Of a DNA stretch of 64,000 bases, positions 63,232-64,000 are shown piece by piece (position 1 is the first letter of the stretch; the number at the start of each line of letters is the position of its first letter). The notes under the pieces were generated by a model that did no database searches, was not told where the DNA came from, and saw only the letters and a list, made by a program, of their open reading frames with translations. Location of the stretch: assembly GCA_965261595.1 (NCBI GenBank), contig CBDHDG010000005.1, forward strand, positions 544,001 to 608,000. The letters are read 5' to 3'. The translations under genes were made by a program, and so were the position numbers. The stretch is from a bacterium. GTDB lineage: Bacteria > UBA8248 > JACPRG01 > G963555815.

Positions 63232-64000
63232 ATGCCGAAGATCAAGCTCCTTCTTTTTTTCCCCCTCGTCATCGCGGTCGGCGTGGGGACGGCCGTGGGC
63301 CTGTTGTTCGCCCAGTTCGAGGGCCTCCCCGAGGTTCACGACCTCGAGCGCTACCGCCCCAGCACGATCACCAGGATCTACGACCGCCGGGACGCCCTGC
63401 TGGCCGAATTCTACATCGAGCGGCGCATCCTGGTTCCGTTCCACCGCATCCCCAAAAACCTGATTCAGGCCACCCTCGCCATTGAGGATAACAAGTTTTA
63501 CAGCCACTTTGGAATCGACTTCAAGGGCCTCCTCCGCGCCCTGTATCAGAACATACGGGCCGGGCGGGTGGTTCAAGGGGGGAGCACGATCACCCAGCAG
63601 CTCGCCAAAGTCCTGTTCCTCACCTCGGAGCGCAGCCTCAGCCGGAAGATGAAAGAGGCCCTGCTGGCCCTGCGCATCGAGCGGACGTACAGCAAGGAGG
63701 AGATCCTCGCCCTGTACTTCAATCAGATCTATCTGGGGAGCGGGGCTTACGGTGTCGAGGCGGCCGCACAGACGTATTTTGACAAAGGGGTGGCCAATCT
63801 CACCCTGGCGGAGGCCGCCCTGCTGGCCGCCCTGCCCAAGGCTCCCTCCTTCCTTTCCCCGCTCCGCTATCCGGAACGCGCCCGCAAGCGAAGGAACCTG
63901 GTTCTCAGCCGGATGCAGCGGCTGGGTTTCGTCTCGGCGGGCGCGGCCCGCGAGGCGCGCATGTCGCCCCTCGGCGTCGCGGGCGGAAAATCGGTCGAGG
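63232..64000 (+). CDS. mrcA: Class A penicillin-binding protein (PBP1A family), partial
   Basis: Manual translation: N-terminal TM, AIEDNKFYSHFGID, QGGSTITQQLAK, RKMKE, KEEILALYFN, YGVEAAA. Confidence 0.92.
   Translation, partial: MPKIKLLLFFPLVIAVGVGTAVGLLFAQFEGLPEVHDLERYRPSTITRIYDRRDALLAEFYIERRILVPFHRIPKNLIQATLAIEDNKFYSHFGIDFKGLLRALYQNIRAGRVVQGGSTITQQLAKVLFLTSERSLSRKMKEALLALRIERTYSKEEILALYFNQIYLGSGAYGVEAAAQTYFDKGVANLTLAEAALLAALPKAPSFLSPLRYPERARKRRNLVLSRMQRLGFVSAGAAREARMSPLGVAGGKSVE

Overview
High-GC bacterial chromosome segment from a diderm (LPS-producing) organism, dominated by cell-envelope housekeeping genes, almost all on the minus strand. From the right end: mrcA (partial, +), then a long minus-strand run HNH-uvrB-uvrC-lnt-prfB-lysS-lolC/E-lolD-clpC-bamA-skp-lpxD-fabZ-lpxA-(GnnA-like)-lpxI-lpxB-DUF374-waaA-lpxK. 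This is followed by lptFG (+), then a minus-strand LPS-core cluster (lpxL, waaF, gmhB, split hldE, waaC, epimerase, Trm112, GT2, GT4s, msbA, carbamoyltransferase, CgeB-like GT) and an SDR. Next come a nested IS3/IS1380 island that truncates a c-type cytochrome, and the 5' part of the dcw cluster (mraZ to murC). I found no CRISPR array, rRNA or tRNA, and no clearly new multi-gene system. The most unusual signals are: (1) an ISEcp1-style IS1380 transposition unit with a 5-bp target duplication, nested in an IS407-group element; (2) at least 12 G/C homopolymers of 11-15 nt, mostly inside envelope genes, one of which frameshifts waaA; (3) a GmhB whose catalytic Asp is Asn; (4) an apparent ATT start for lpxB; (5) a sigma54-type promoter with no evident ORF upstream of mraZ; (6) a REP-like mosaic between uvrB and uvrC. 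All gene calls come from recognised motifs and gene order, not database searches.
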